This document shows, piece by piece, positions 10,625 through 20,889 of a stretch of DNA of 64,000 nucleotides. The translations under genes were made by a program, and so were the position numbers. The notes under the pieces were generated by a model. It was given only the letters and a program-made list of their open reading frames with translations. It was not told where the DNA came from and did not search any database. This stretch comes from an uncultured Chloroflexia bacterium. GTDB taxonomy: Bacteria > Chloroflexota > Chloroflexia > Thermomicrobiales > UBA6265. Where the stretch lies: positions 128,001-192,000 of the forward strand of contig CAVRUC010000009.1 of the NCBI GenBank assembly GCA_963724295.1. Direction: 5' to 3'. Each line of letters begins with the position of its first letter. The stretch's first letter is position 1.

Positions 10625-10840
10625 CTACGGCGGACACCCCTCGGCGATCCACGAGCGAAGGACCTGGAGCTTGTCCTCGCCCCAGCTCCCGTCGCATGGC
10701 ATGGTGCCGTCCTCGAGTCGCTCCAGGATCAGATCGGCGTTGGCTTTGACGTCGTCATAGGACCAGAGATCGAAGGCAAAGTCCATCGAGGACCGGTCCT
10801 CTTCACGAAACAGCGGTTTGACGTCCGTGGCAAAGCTCAT
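10625..10840 (-). CDS. Small conserved-looking hypothetical protein (71 aa)
   Basis: GGGAGG RBS; SFATDVKPLF..FDLWSYDDV..GTMPCDG.W..LRSWIAEG. Confidence 0.75.
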   Translation of the reverse strand: MSFATDVKPLFREEDRSSMDFAFDLWSYDDVKANADLILERLEDGTMPCDGSWGEDKLQVLRSWIAEGCPP

Positions 10841-11058
10841 TGCGCCTCCCGATCCGGGCGTGTCGTGATGAGCTGGAGTGTATCAAGGTTGTCTGGCGGC
10901 AACGGGTGCACCAGATGGTTCCCGGAATCGGTTTCATTATCAGGTAGATGTGTTGAGATTTCGCTGGAATGGGGCGGTCAGGATCTCGATCGCCACGTCA
11001 ATTGACGTCGCAACTGAGCGCCAATCGTTCTCGACACATTGTTGGCTACGCCTACTCG

Positions 11059-11559
11059 CTACACCTGCTCCCCTACCAGCCGGAGCACCTGCGTCACTAC
11101 TTCATCGAGGGAACCACTGGTGTCAACCACGTACCCGGCGCCTCTTCTCAGCATCGGTTCGATGGACTGGATGAAATCGAGGACGCGAGCGACCTCCTCC
11201 GGGCGTTTCCCATACGGATTGTTGGTCCTGGTAGCCAACCGCTCGACGATCACATGAGCGGGCGCGGTGAGCAGAATGATATGGTCAAACTGCGGGTAGA
11301 ACTTCCCCTGGTTCGGAGCGCAGCCGCCGAGGAAGAGCATGTCGGCGTTAGCTTTTGACAGGAGGTCTTGAATGCGGTCTTCCCGCCATACCCAGTCCAG
11401 CCCGGGATCGAGGCCGGTCGGCTCATCGACGGGAACGCTCACCAATTCGGACAACCCGTCGTAGTCGGTATCGACGGCTAGATAGCCGCGTTCGGCCAGT
11501 CTCTCTATGACTGTCGACTTCCCGACCCCGGACATGCCAGTGAGAAGTACGCGTTTCAC
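11059..11559 (-). CDS. P-loop kinase (shikimate/nucleoside-monophosphate kinase-like AAA family)
   Basis: Walker A GMSGVGKS at the N-terminus and RLATRTNNPYGK lid region. GTG start inferred. Confidence 0.8.
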   Translation of the reverse strand: MKRVLLTGMSGVGKSTVIERLAERGYLAVDTDYDGLSELVSVPVDEPTGLDPGLDWVWREDRIQDLLSKANADMLFLGGCAPNQGKFYPQFDHIILLTAPAHVIVERLATRTNNPYGKRPEEVARVLDFIQSIEPMLRRGAGYVVDTSGSLDEVVTQVLRLVGEQV

Positions 11560-11735
11560 ATCAACACCATCACGTGCACCCGAGTCCAGAGGCAACCGTT
11601 CACCGCGGGTTCTTTGCGGCAGGAGCCATTGTCGTTGGCGCTCAAATTCCATGGAGACGTTTCCTGGCACACGATTTGCGGGCCAGCCCCGTGGAAGAGG
11701 TTGAATCGTTCAGCCTCGAGAGGAAGGAGCGATCA

Positions 11736-12071
11736 ATGGTCGTTGTTCGTGGAGATGGAAGTGAGTGCCACGGCCGGTTGCGGCGGGGGCTAACGCGGGT
11801 GACCGGCCTGACACTAGGCATCGCCATGTTGGGCACGATTGGACTCTCCGGCACGCTGGCCCAGTCCGATGACGTCGCCGCCGGTACTGATGCCGAGTCC
11901 ATCGTCAACAGCATCATCGAGCAAGTCTTCGCCGAGATCTTTGGCGGCGTCGTAGTCGACGACACCGCTGACTCCGGTGGCGACCTCAACATCGGTGGCA
12001 GCTCCGGCAGCACTGTCACCATGGGCGGCGGTAGTGGCGGCATCACCGTCGGTGACAATACCGGAGGCTGA
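11736..12071 (+). CDS. Small secreted hypothetical protein with Gly-rich tail
   Basis: AAGGAG RBS, hydrophobic signal ending TLAQ, and an acidic/Gly-rich mature part. Confidence 0.6.
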   Translation: MVVVRGDGSECHGRLRRGLTRVTGLTLGIAMLGTIGLSGTLAQSDDVAAGTDAESIVNSIIEQVFAEIFGGVVVDDTADSGGDLNIGGSSGSTVTMGGGSGGITVGDNTGG

Positions 12072-12110
12072 TCCGGAATCCCGCTGAGCCTCTCTCTATC
12101 GTCTGAGCTA

Positions 12111-12152
12111 CTCCTGGCCCGCTTTCCAGTTCGATGGAAGGCGGGCCAGGAG
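12111..12152. terminator. Hairpin between convergent genes
   Basis: ctcctggcccgctttcca ... tggaaggcgggccaggag inverted repeat. Confidence 0.65.
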
Positions 12153-12166
12153 CGAATAAAAGAGGG

Positions 12167-14155
12167 TCAGGCGCTCGTGGGATCGGTTGGGTCGGTTCCG
12201 TTGGCGACTTCGTCGCCATCTCCCACGCCGTCTGCGTCGGTGTCGGTGAGCAGGGGATCCGTGCCGGTCGCTGATCCCGGCTCGAAGCCGACCTCGGCAA
12301 AGTCACTGAGGCCATCTCCGTCGCTATCAGCGAGCTCGGGATTGGTACCAAGCTCCGCTTCCTGCGCGTCGGTGAGCAAATCTCCATCGGTGTCGATCGT
12401 TGGCTCTCCAGGTGGCACGCTGGCGGGGTCGTTCGGATCGGTGCCGTTGGCCACCTCCGCGTTGTCGCCGAAGCCGTCCCCATCGCTGTCGTAGAGCAAG
12501 GGGTCCGTCCCCGCGGTAACCTCGGCGCCGTCGAGCAACCCGTCTGCGTCGCTATCGGGATTGACCGGGTCGGTGCCGAGCTCAGCTTCCTGGCCGTCGC
12601 TCAGACCGTCCTGATCCGAATCGACGTCGACTGCCGGAGCAGCCGGAGTGTAGATCACGTTCAGGATCGCTTCGGGATTAGTTTCGTCGACGACGAATGT
12701 CCAGCCGTTCCCGGAACCGCCAAGGCTTCCCCGCACGTCGGACAGCTCGTAGCCCTCAGGCGCCGCGATCCCTCCTGGCTGCAGGAAGTACGTGCCGAAG
12801 GGAAGTCCACCTTCTTCTCCCCAAACCCAGTTCGCCCCATGAATGCGCACCGGAATCGCACTCGATGCGTCTGTCGTGAGCACGACCGGTCCGTCGATGA
12901 CGACTCCAGTGGCGTCACCCAGCTCACATTCGGCGGCCGGATCGCCCGGGGCGCCCGGGCAGAGATAGACAGAGACCGCGACCGTGCCCTCGTTCTCACC
13001 GCGGAGATCCTCGGGGATCACATACCAGCGGCAGGTGACGGCATCGCCATCGTCGAGCGTAAGTGTGGCGCCAGGAATGTCCGTCTGTGGTGCCGAGGAT
13101 GGCACCGACCCGGCGTCGGCCGTGCACTGCACGACCTGGGTCGCAAACTCTCCCGGCACCCCACCGGTCAGGGTGTAGGTGTCGGGGGCAAGATCGACAA
13201 AGGTGACCGTGCCATCCGCCCCGGTCGTGGCCTGGCCCGAGGAGCCCGTCGCGGCGCTCAGGTCGAAGGCAATATCCGCCAGCGGCTCGACGCAGTCCGC
13301 GGCGTAGTCTGTCTCCTCATAGGCGCCGGGGCAGGCAAGCGCCTGCACGAAGAGCGACGCCGGCGTAGCAGTCGGGGTCGGCGTGGCCGCCTCCTGGGGC
13401 AGCTCCAGCAGAACCTCCGGGCCGATGACAGCGGTCACGATCGTGGCTGCGCCATCGACGGCGCTGACGGCCACATCGCCACCGAGACCCGCACCCTGAC
13501 CCGCGGTCAGCCGTACCGGCTCCGCCTCGGGGTTGTCGGCCGGTACCAAGTCCACCGCGCCGAAGGTGACGAGCAGGAGCGTTGGGGCCGCATACGACTC
13601 CAGCTCCAGAACGACAGACGCGTCCCCGTCGAGAACCTCGCGCACCAGATCGAGGTCACGCGTGCCGCCGGGAGAGGCGAAGGGCTCCCCGATGAAGGCC
13701 AGCTGATCGTCGCCCGCGTCGCCGACGTCGCCGGCGGCGACCAGGTCGATGCGGTAGGAGGAAACGGGGGCGTCGCCGAGCGGAGCTTCCTGATACGTCG
13801 CCGGCGCGGACAGGAACGTCGCCTCGCCGGCCGCCAGCCGGGTCGGTCTTGTGGCGTCGACATCGTTCACCAGGAGCGTGCCCTGGTCCACCAGAATGAA
13901 CCCGGGGACGTCACGGTCTGTCCGATCAGACGCCGCCGCGGTGGATGCCAATCTGACGCGCCAGCCGACATCGCCAACGGGCAGCGCGGTCACGCCTTGG
14001 GCGATGACTGATGCCTGCCCGCGCGCCGGCGACGGCACGTCCTCACTCTGGCCGAAGGCGACGCCGATCCCGACCGCGCTACCGACGATCAGCGTGAGCA
14101 AACCGACCCATAACGCGACCAGGCGACGCGCGGGTATGTACAACTTGCGATGCAA
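12167..14155 (-). CDS. Secreted multidomain protein with prealbumin/SpaA-like domains and six TSP3-like Ca-binding repeats
   Basis: Signal peptide, TTGADGTVTFVDLAPDTYTLT, and six DxDxDGLxDxxE..GTDP repeats at the C-terminus. Confidence 0.8.
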   Translation of the reverse strand: MHRKLYIPARRLVALWVGLLTLIVGSAVGIGVAFGQSEDVPSPARGQASVIAQGVTALPVGDVGWRVRLASTAAASDRTDRDVPGFILVDQGTLLVNDVDATRPTRLAAGEATFLSAPATYQEAPLGDAPVSSYRIDLVAAGDVGDAGDDQLAFIGEPFASPGGTRDLDLVREVLDGDASVVLELESYAAPTLLLVTFGAVDLVPADNPEAEPVRLTAGQGAGLGGDVAVSAVDGAATIVTAVIGPEVLLELPQEAATPTPTATPASLFVQALACPGAYEETDYAADCVEPLADIAFDLSAATGSSGQATTGADGTVTFVDLAPDTYTLTGGVPGEFATQVVQCTADAGSVPSSAPQTDIPGATLTLDDGDAVTCRWYVIPEDLRGENEGTVAVSVYLCPGAPGDPAAECELGDATGVVIDGPVVLTTDASSAIPVRIHGANWVWGEEGGLPFGTYFLQPGGIAAPEGYELSDVRGSLGGSGNGWTFVVDETNPEAILNVIYTPAAPAVDVDSDQDGLSDGQEAELGTDPVNPDSDADGLLDGAEVTAGTDPLLYDSDGDGFGDNAEVANGTDPNDPASVPPGEPTIDTDGDLLTDAQEAELGTNPELADSDGDGLSDFAEVGFEPGSATGTDPLLTDTDADGVGDGDEVANGTDPTDPTSA

Positions 14156-14277
14156 GGAATGCCTCCTCCCAGGACGATCCGATTTCTGGCGCTACAACGA
14201 ACGGATCACGGAGGATGGTTTCTCACTCGTACCTGAGCTGCTTCGCCGGTGGGCTCAGTATCGCGTCATAGCGAACC

Positions 14278-14332
14278 TGTCATTCCGAGCCCGCAGGCGA
14301 GGAATCTCGTCTCAGCCTCAGACGTCGAGATT
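14278..14332. repeat. TGTCATTCCGAG..GGAATCTC palindromic repeat, copy 1
   Basis: tgtcattccgagcccgcaggcgaggaatctcgtc nearly matches the copy at 39006. Confidence 0.75.
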
Positions 14333-15454
14333 GTGACCATCACGCCCCTTCACGCTCTGGAACGACTCGAGCCGGTCGGCGAGATCGATCTCCTCCATGC
14401 TGTAGGCCATGGATGGCGCCAGCCGGCGCACGAGCGGATCCCACTCCGAGCGGAGCGTGACATAGCGTTCGGCCCCAAGCCGCGTATCCGGCACCGTCCG
14501 AATCCCCGCCTGTTGCAGCCGCGAGATAGCGCGGTGATAGCGATCGCGCCAGCGATCGAGTGTTTGCGAGTCGGACGCGGTACGTCCTTCAGGGGTTGTC
14601 GCCGGCAGAAAGGTGTCTGTGAGGATCGTCACCAGCGTGAGAGAGGATCTCTGAAGTTGAGTCACTGCCGCTGAATTGGGGAGCCAGCCGTAGCACTCCT
14701 CGTCGAGGGCGCTTTCAATCAGCGAGACGGTGTCGAGCGCCACAAGCGTGAAGTGGGACACGGCGTAGGCGGGATTCCGGAAGCGAAAATAGAACAGCGC
14801 CGGGTAGAAATGATGCGCCTCCTTCACCGCGGTCATCGACCCGGCAATGGTGCCCAGGATAGAGTAGCCGCCCTCGAACTTACCCTGCGGTCCCAAGCGA
14901 GCCAGGAGCTCTGCCGCATCTCCCGTGGCGTCGGAGGCATGATCGATCTGCAACCCGAGCGTGTTGCGTCGTTGCAGAGCGGTGTAGACCTGCGCCAGAA
15001 ACGTCAGCGTTAGCGAGATCGCCGCCAGGCCGACAAGCGACGTGAACAGGTAGAAGAGGCGGAACGATCCGGTCCGCGGTGTGAAGTCGCTGGCGCCGAC
15101 GATGGTCATGCTGCTGCCACCGGCGTACAACGCGGCAACAAAATCCCGCGGGGTCGTGCCGCTGCTCGTGGTGACATCCGTCCCGAGCGCGGGGTGGATG
15201 ATCAGCGCTGTCCCCAGCGTCAGGCCAAACGCCCAAACCACGAGAATCACCACCAGGATCACCGGCCCGCAGGCTGAGAGCACAGCGATGCGGTACCGGC
15301 CCGTCACCGGAGCCAACGTACGAAAGGCACGCCAGGTCAGGTGCGAGACGCGGCCGCTGAAGAGAGTCGCACCAATGCGCGCATACAGCACCGTAAGAAA
15401 GATATCCACGAGGACGACGGCCAGCACGGCAGCACCAACGACTGACTCGATCAC
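14318..15454 (-). CDS. Potassium-channel-family (two-TM pore) membrane protein
   Basis: N-terminal DIFLTVL, pore helix ALYAGGSSMTIVGASDFTP, and HHFYPALFYFR in the cytoplasmic domain. Confidence 0.75.
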   Translation of the reverse strand: MIESVVGAAVLAVVLVDIFLTVLYARIGATLFSGRVSHLTWRAFRTLAPVTGRYRIAVLSACGPVILVVILVVWAFGLTLGTALIIHPALGTDVTTSSGTTPRDFVAALYAGGSSMTIVGASDFTPRTGSFRLFYLFTSLVGLAAISLTLTFLAQVYTALQRRNTLGLQIDHASDATGDAAELLARLGPQGKFEGGYSILGTIAGSMTAVKEAHHFYPALFYFRFRNPAYAVSHFTLVALDTVSLIESALDEECYGWLPNSAAVTQLQRSSLTLVTILTDTFLPATTPEGRTASDSQTLDRWRDRYHRAISRLQQAGIRTVPDTRLGAERYVTLRSEWDPLVRRLAPSMAYSMEEIDLADRLESFQSVKGRDGHNLDV

Positions 15455-15499
15455 GTGCAGCCCCTACAGAGCTACGCGCTGAACCGGGAAACCGGCACG

Positions 15500-16627
15500 T
15501 TACCGCAACAACACCGGCAGGTTGCCGATGTGGATGCGGAAGAGGGCGTACGGTTTCTGCCGCAGATCCTGGCCCTGGTGATAGCGCGGTTGGCGGTGGA
15601 GTTGATTGGCGGTGACGTAGAGGTAGCCGTTCGTGGCGACCGACATCGTGTCTGGCCAGAGTAATCGGGGATCGTGGGCGATCGTCTCCCAGAGCCCGTC
15701 CCGGCCGCGACGGAGAATGGCGTTGTGCTCGTAGTTCGTGGAGTAGATGAAGCCGTCCGCATCTGATTCGAGGCCATCCGAGGCGCCACCGCGATCTCCC
15801 TCGTCGACTACCGAGGCGACGACCGCGGCCTCGTCATGAGAGCGGTCGACAAGCATGTCGACGGCGACACTGTAGAGCCGGCGACTTCCCAGCGGGCAGT
15901 AGAAGAGGCGTTCGCCATCGGCGCTAATAGCGATGCCGTCCGAGCCCATTGCCGGTCCGATCTGTGCCGAACCATCTGCATGACGCTGCAGGAATGGCTG
16001 TCCTTCCACCAATGGCAAGAAGGTCTGAAGCGTCTCAGGCTTGGTCGAGGGATGGTCATGCAGGCGGCGCCAGCTCTCGCCTGAGCCGAGATCGACCACG
16101 ATGATGCCGTTAGGGCCGTCTTGCGACGAGTCGGTGACGAAGGCCATGCCCGCGGATCCCCGCCGCAAGTCGAAGCGGACGTCGTTGACATAGCTCGTCG
16201 GCAGAGCTACGTCCCGCGGGAAAAGAACAGTCTGCACGACGCGATCCGTCTCCAGGTCGACGCAGACGAGCTTCGGTCCTCCTAGCTCCGTCGACTGGAA
16301 CATGATGCTGCCGGTGTCGAGGATCCAGAGCCGGTCGGCGGGATCGACGACGACACTCTGCACCGAGACCAGCGTCGAGGCCTGATCCTGCATGTTGGTC
16401 TGGTTGATGTCTTGACTCGGATAGGCGACGGTCTGCCCATCTCGCACTTCGGCGACGGTGTACGCAACCTCGTCACCCCACTTGGGAAAGTTGACGAAGA
16501 TCCGACCCGTATGCGAGACGGTGACTCCAGTCAGCATGGGGCCATCAAAGGTGGCGACGAGTTCGAGATCGCCAACAGACTTCTCCGTGGAGAGGTCCTG
16601 CCGGACAGGCATCGTAGTCGTGGACAT
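15500..16627 (-). CDS. Major royal jelly protein / L-dopachrome tautomerase-related beta-propeller
   Basis: GRIFVNFPKW, SVQSVVVDPADRLWILDTG, YVNDVRFD, SDGIAIS and LLWPDT motifs. Confidence 0.88.
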   Translation of the reverse strand: MSTTTMPVRQDLSTEKSVGDLELVATFDGPMLTGVTVSHTGRIFVNFPKWGDEVAYTVAEVRDGQTVAYPSQDINQTNMQDQASTLVSVQSVVVDPADRLWILDTGSIMFQSTELGGPKLVCVDLETDRVVQTVLFPRDVALPTSYVNDVRFDLRRGSAGMAFVTDSSQDGPNGIIVVDLGSGESWRRLHDHPSTKPETLQTFLPLVEGQPFLQRHADGSAQIGPAMGSDGIAISADGERLFYCPLGSRRLYSVAVDMLVDRSHDEAAVVASVVDEGDRGGASDGLESDADGFIYSTNYEHNAILRRGRDGLWETIAHDPRLLWPDTMSVATNGYLYVTANQLHRQPRYHQGQDLRQKPYALFRIHIGNLPVLLR

Positions 16628-16691
16628 GGAGTGAACTCCTCGGAGAGTGAAGCGCTCGGACATCAAACCCGAGCGCTTCGCAGGGCTTCAA

Positions 16692-17861
16692 TTACGCCTT
16701 GAGCACGACCTTTTCGCAGTTGTCGCGCTTGTTCTTGAAGATGTCATAACCGTGGGAGGCCTGCTCCAGCGGCAGTGTGTGGGTAATGATGAATGTCGGG
16801 TCGATATCTCCGTTCTGGATGTGCTCCAGTAGCGGCTGCATGTAGCGCTGGACATGACACTGCCCGGACTTGATCGTCAGCGAGCGGTTCATCACCGCCC
16901 CCATCGGAAAGCGATCGATGTAGCCGCCATAGACGCCGATCACGGAGACGGTGCCACCGTTGCGGCAGGCCCTGATGGCTTCCCGCAGTGCCAGCGGCCG
17001 GTCCGTCTCCATGCGCGCCGCGTGCATGGCCCGGTCGAAGGCGAACATCGGACCGTGGCCGTGAGCCTCCATCCCGACCGCATCGATGCAGGCGTCCGGA
17101 CCCCGGCCGCCGGTCATCTCCTTCAGGGCGTCGATGACGTCAACCTCTTCATAGTTGAGCGTCTCCGCTCCGGCCTTGTCCCGCGCCATCTGCAACCGAT
17201 AGGGGAAGCGGTCGATGGCAATCACCCGCTCGGCGCCGAGCAGGAAGGCGCTGGCAATGGCGAACTGACCGACCGGTCCGCACCCCCAGACGGCGATGGT
17301 GTCGCCGGGCTGGATGTCGCACATCTCCGCGCCCATGTAGCCGGTCGGGAGGATGTCGGAGAGGAAGAGGACCTGCTCATCGCTCATGCCCTCGGGCACC
17401 TTGAGTGGTCCCACATCGGCAAAGGGCACCCGGGCGTACTCCGCTTGGCCGCCAGCGTATCCCCCGGTGAGATGCGAGTAACCGAAGACACCCGCCCCCG
17501 CGTGCCCCCACAGCTTCTCGGCCATCCAGGCGTTGGGGTTGGAGTTCTCACAGACTGAGTACATCCCCTTCTGGCAGGCGAAGCAGACGCCGCAGGCGAT
17601 GGGGAAGGGCACCACCACCCGATCGCCGACTTTCAGCTTGCTGACACTCGGTCCGACCTCGACGACCTCCCCCATGAACTCGTGGCCCAGGATGTCGCCC
17701 GGCATCATGGCCGGCACGTATGCCTGCAGCAGGTGCAAATCCGACCCGCAGATCGCCGTCGAGGTGATCTTGACGATCGCATCCTGGGAGTTGAGAATCC
17801 GCGGGTCCGGCACTTCCTCGACCTGGACATTGTTCGGGCTTTTCCAGACGGTGGCTTGCAT
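16692..17861 (-). CDS. Zinc-dependent alcohol dehydrogenase (formaldehyde dehydrogenase-like)
   Basis: ICGSDLH, GHEFMG, the structural-Zn motif [16 protein letters not shown] and GCGPVG. Confidence 0.93.
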   Translation of the reverse strand: MQATVWKSPNNVQVEEVPDPRILNSQDAIVKITSTAICGSDLHLLQAYVPAMMPGDILGHEFMGEVVEVGPSVSKLKVGDRVVVPFPIACGVCFACQKGMYSVCENSNPNAWMAEKLWGHAGAGVFGYSHLTGGYAGGQAEYARVPFADVGPLKVPEGMSDEQVLFLSDILPTGYMGAEMCDIQPGDTIAVWGCGPVGQFAIASAFLLGAERVIAIDRFPYRLQMARDKAGAETLNYEEVDVIDALKEMTGGRGPDACIDAVGMEAHGHGPMFAFDRAMHAARMETDRPLALREAIRACRNGGTVSVIGVYGGYIDRFPMGAVMNRSLTIKSGQCHVQRYMQPLLEHIQNGDIDPTFIITHTLPLEQASHGYDIFKNKRDNCEKVVLKA

Positions 17862-17952
17862 CAGGTTCTCCTGGTGTGCTCATTTTCTCGATGTCCTGGC
17901 AGGATGCCAGGACGACCGGCTGCAAGATTTGTCACATCTGCGTCGCCGAGAC

Positions 17953-19005
17953 TCAGGCGGTGCTCACTGAGGTACTGACTCCGGACGGGATCTCGCGTGG
18001 CGGCTGCGCCGGGTTAGGACCCGGGATGATGCTGTCGTCGGAGTGAACGATCTCACCCAGCTCGACCAACTGCTTGAAACGCCGGAGGTCATTGCCGATC
18101 TTGGTGCCCAGGGCTTCGGCAAAGATGCTGGCGATCTTCTTGCCGACCTCCCCGCCCGGTGGACTGAAGCGGGCATCGAAGATCACTTGCGTGCCGCGAT
18201 TCCCGGGAGCCGTACGGAAGCGCACTACGCCCTGCGCGGTGACGCTCGCCCCGTCCGCGGTTCGCCAGACGATCTGCTCGTTGGGGCGGCTATCGGTAAT
18301 CTGGACATCCCACTCCAGGTTGAGGCCGGCAGGGGCGGGGAGGCGCCAGTGTGACTGCCGGTCCCCGGTGATCTGGACAGTGGCGGCATCACTCATGAAG
18401 CGGGGCAGACTCTGGAAGCCGTCCCAGTAACCAAAGACTTCGTTGAGGGGGGCCTGCACCGTGACGGCGGCGGTGGCATGGACGTCGCGGTCTTGCATGG
18501 CTTCATACGGCGCACTCGGTTCTGCCGTCATCCTGGTGCTGGCCAGCAGATCAGCGGCGGTAATGCCCAGGACGGCCATCGTCGCGGTGGCGACACGATT
18601 TCGATCAGACCGCGGGGAGTCCATGGCCGACTTGAGCAACGCGAGGTCCATGGCGTCGCCACCGACCCGGCTCCAAAGCCACGGCGTCGGCTTAGTCTGG
18701 GCGAGAATGCCAAACCCGCTGGCAATCTCGCGCGCGCCAACCAGGCGCATGACCTTCTGGTCGTCCTCATCCCCGGGGAGGCCGATTAGCTGCGCTACGC
18801 GGGCCGGAGCCGCAATCTGGGCGAGCCCGAGTCCCAGGCTGAACCAGCCAAGGGCCTTGGCCATCTGCGCAATGTCTCCCGCGCCCGACCCGGGCGAGGC
18901 ACCGTTGGTTCCCGATCCCCCGTTCTCTGACCACTCCCTGTAACCGAAATCTGCTCGAACGGTGGTGCCCCAGCTGGAGTCTTGCCGGTTCGGTGCCGCG
19001 GCCAT
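17953..19005 (-). CDS. SRPBCC (cyclase/dehydrase) family protein with N-terminal membrane domain
   Basis: LGWFSLGLGLAQ..WSRVGGDAMDL N-domain; LPRFM, SHW, GVVRFRTAPGNRGT and DLRRFKQLVELGE. Confidence 0.88.
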   Translation of the reverse strand: MAAAPNRQDSSWGTTVRADFGYREWSENGGSGTNGASPGSGAGDIAQMAKALGWFSLGLGLAQIAAPARVAQLIGLPGDEDDQKVMRLVGAREIASGFGILAQTKPTPWLWSRVGGDAMDLALLKSAMDSPRSDRNRVATATMAVLGITAADLLASTRMTAEPSAPYEAMQDRDVHATAAVTVQAPLNEVFGYWDGFQSLPRFMSDAATVQITGDRQSHWRLPAPAGLNLEWDVQITDSRPNEQIVWRTADGASVTAQGVVRFRTAPGNRGTQVIFDARFSPPGGEVGKKIASIFAEALGTKIGNDLRRFKQLVELGEIVHSDDSIIPGPNPAQPPREIPSGVSTSVSTA

Positions 19006-19140
19006 GACGCTCCTTCTTCCGTGTCTATCGCGGCCATTAGGGACACCAGCCATCTCTGAGTCCGCGGCCGCGTATTCGTCTCGTCAGAAGTGCGCAGGTT
19101 GCGTGCCAGAAATGCTCGTCCGACCTGGTGCGAGCGGCAT

Positions 19141-19204
19141 TTCCTTCACATGGATGAGGAGTCCTCATCACAAAGGAGGAGAACTCCTCATCCACTCGGC
19201 TCGC
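19141..19204. promoter_or_regulatory. Three tandem 7-4-7 imperfect palindromes (candidate response-regulator operators)
   Basis: ttccttc-acat-ggatgag, ctcatca-caaa-ggaggag and ctcatcc-actc-ggctcgc start at 19141, 19164 and 19187. Confidence 0.55.
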
Positions 19205-19309
19205 GCAGTTACGTCGTAACGGTGATGCTCACAATTGTGAGAACGGGCAGCGGCGCAAGAGGAGACTCGCGCTAAGCCCCAAAAAGCCGGTAATTGGCCA
19301 TGCGGGTTA

Positions 19310-19745
19310 GAGCGTGTTCTGGACTTGGTAGGCTTGGCGGATGGAACGAGCAACACCCTCCCGCAAGTCCTATGCGACCGACGGGAGTGGTGAGGAATAG
19401 GCCCTTATCGCCCCCCATTTTGCCCTCGTTCGAGAAGATACCCTAGCACCATCACCACTAGGCGAGGTCTTCAACGCCCTGCGCTGAATCGTGCGTGCTG
19501 GAGCCCCGTGGCGGCTGTCGTCGACAAAGCTCCCCGGTAGAAGGCGGTCTAACAGCAAGCCACGTGGGCTGGATGCCGGCGTCTTCGAGAGGATGGCGTA
19601 CGGTCTGCGCGCCAAGCGGAGGGGCGCATGCCGCAGCCGCGGACTGTCATCTTCGATAGCCGCACCGTCCTGTCCGCGCCGGAGAGCGGAGCAGGAGATG
19701 GGAACGACGGCCACAAGAGGTGCCACGGGCGCAAGATACATTTAA
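19310..19745 (+). mobile_element. Degenerate IS5-family element (left end and truncated transposase pseudogene)
   Basis: The left end is ta|GAGCGTGTT. Translation with stops and frameshifts gives RKSYATD..EE*ALIAP, EVFNALR*IVRAGAPWR, AGVFERM, IFDSRTV..PESG and DGHKR..GRKIHL. Confidence 0.8.
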
Positions 19746-20013
19746 TCCGAGAAGGTGGCCCGTACTCGTCCTGAGCATGATGCTGCACGCCCAGCAGCTT
19801 GCTCCGCCGCGTCTGCTGAGTCCATTGCTACGACGAGAGCGTTGTCGCTGGACCGAGCGCGCCCGCCATGCCGGTCGCCGAGTTCATGTGCCATACGGCA
19901 TGAAACCTGCGAGGAATGCCCTCTCTCGTAGGTCCCGCTGCGACCATCCCGGCTGGCAGTCAAATGATCGGGGAGAGCCGCCCGATGTCCCGCACTTCGG
20001 ACAGATCGATCGC

Positions 20014-20715
20014 ATGACGATTCGACTCCTGATTGCCGACGATCACCATCTCGTCCGTCAGGGGTTGCGTGCGCTTATCGTCGTGCATCCGGAATTCGAG
20101 GTCGTTGGAGAGGCTGGTACGGGCTGCGAGGCCGTCCGTCTCGCGAGGAGATTGCGGCCAGACGTCGTGCTGATGGACCTGATCATGCCCGAGCTGGACG
20201 GGATCGCAGCGACCGCTCTCATTCGCGACGAAATGCCCGAGGTTCAGGTGCTCGTTTTGACCGGCATCGATGAGCCGCGGGGCATCGTCGAGGCGGTGCG
20301 AGCCGGAGCGATCGGCTATCTGCTCAAGGATGTGGACGCTAACGAGCTTTATCTCGCCATGAAAGCCGCCGCCCAGGGGCATGTGCAGCTGTCGCCTGAC
20401 GCGGCGACGAGGCTCATGCGCGAGGTGCACGCTTCGGAGCGGCTGGAGGCACTGACTGCGCGCGAGACCGAAGTCTTACATCTGCTGGCGCACGGGTTGG
20501 CTAACAAGGAGATCGCTCGAGATCTCGGGATCGGCGAAACCACAGTCAAAAGCCACATGAGGCACATCTTGTCTAAGTTGGGGGTCGATAGCCGCACTCA
20601 AGCAGCACTCGAGGCGTCACGTCGTGGGCTGTTCCGGGTAGGGAGCCTTGAGACTGCTACCGCGCCCGGCTCGACGGCTGAACCCCTGATCGATAGTGCC
20701 AGTAGGCTCAGGTAG
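20014..20715 (+). CDS. NarL/LuxR-family response regulator
   Basis: IRLLIADDH, DVVLMDLIMP and GYLLK in the receiver; HTH LTARETEVL..NKEIARDLGIGETTVKSH. Confidence 0.93.
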   Translation: MTIRLLIADDHHLVRQGLRALIVVHPEFEVVGEAGTGCEAVRLARRLRPDVVLMDLIMPELDGIAATALIRDEMPEVQVLVLTGIDEPRGIVEAVRAGAIGYLLKDVDANELYLAMKAAAQGHVQLSPDAATRLMREVHASERLEALTARETEVLHLLAHGLANKEIARDLGIGETTVKSHMRHILSKLGVDSRTQAALEASRRGLFRVGSLETATAPGSTAEPLIDSASRLR

Positions 20716-20810
20716 GGAGCGATCCATGTGCTGTCATGTTTCGGTGATGACGCCGCCCTTGGGACTTTCAGTGCCCTGAACCCGAGCGCGATGAATTGCC
20801 CGATCGATGC

Positions 20811-20838
20811 TTGACACCCCCCGCGGAGTCGCTACTGT
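20811..20838 (+). promoter_or_regulatory. Putative sigma70-type promoter of the hybrid kinase gene
   Basis: TTGACA-N16-TACTGT. Confidence 0.55.
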
Positions 20839-20889
20839 AGGGGAGTACGAACCGCCATAGCGGTCCACGTGCCCGCCGGAGGCTCCCGC

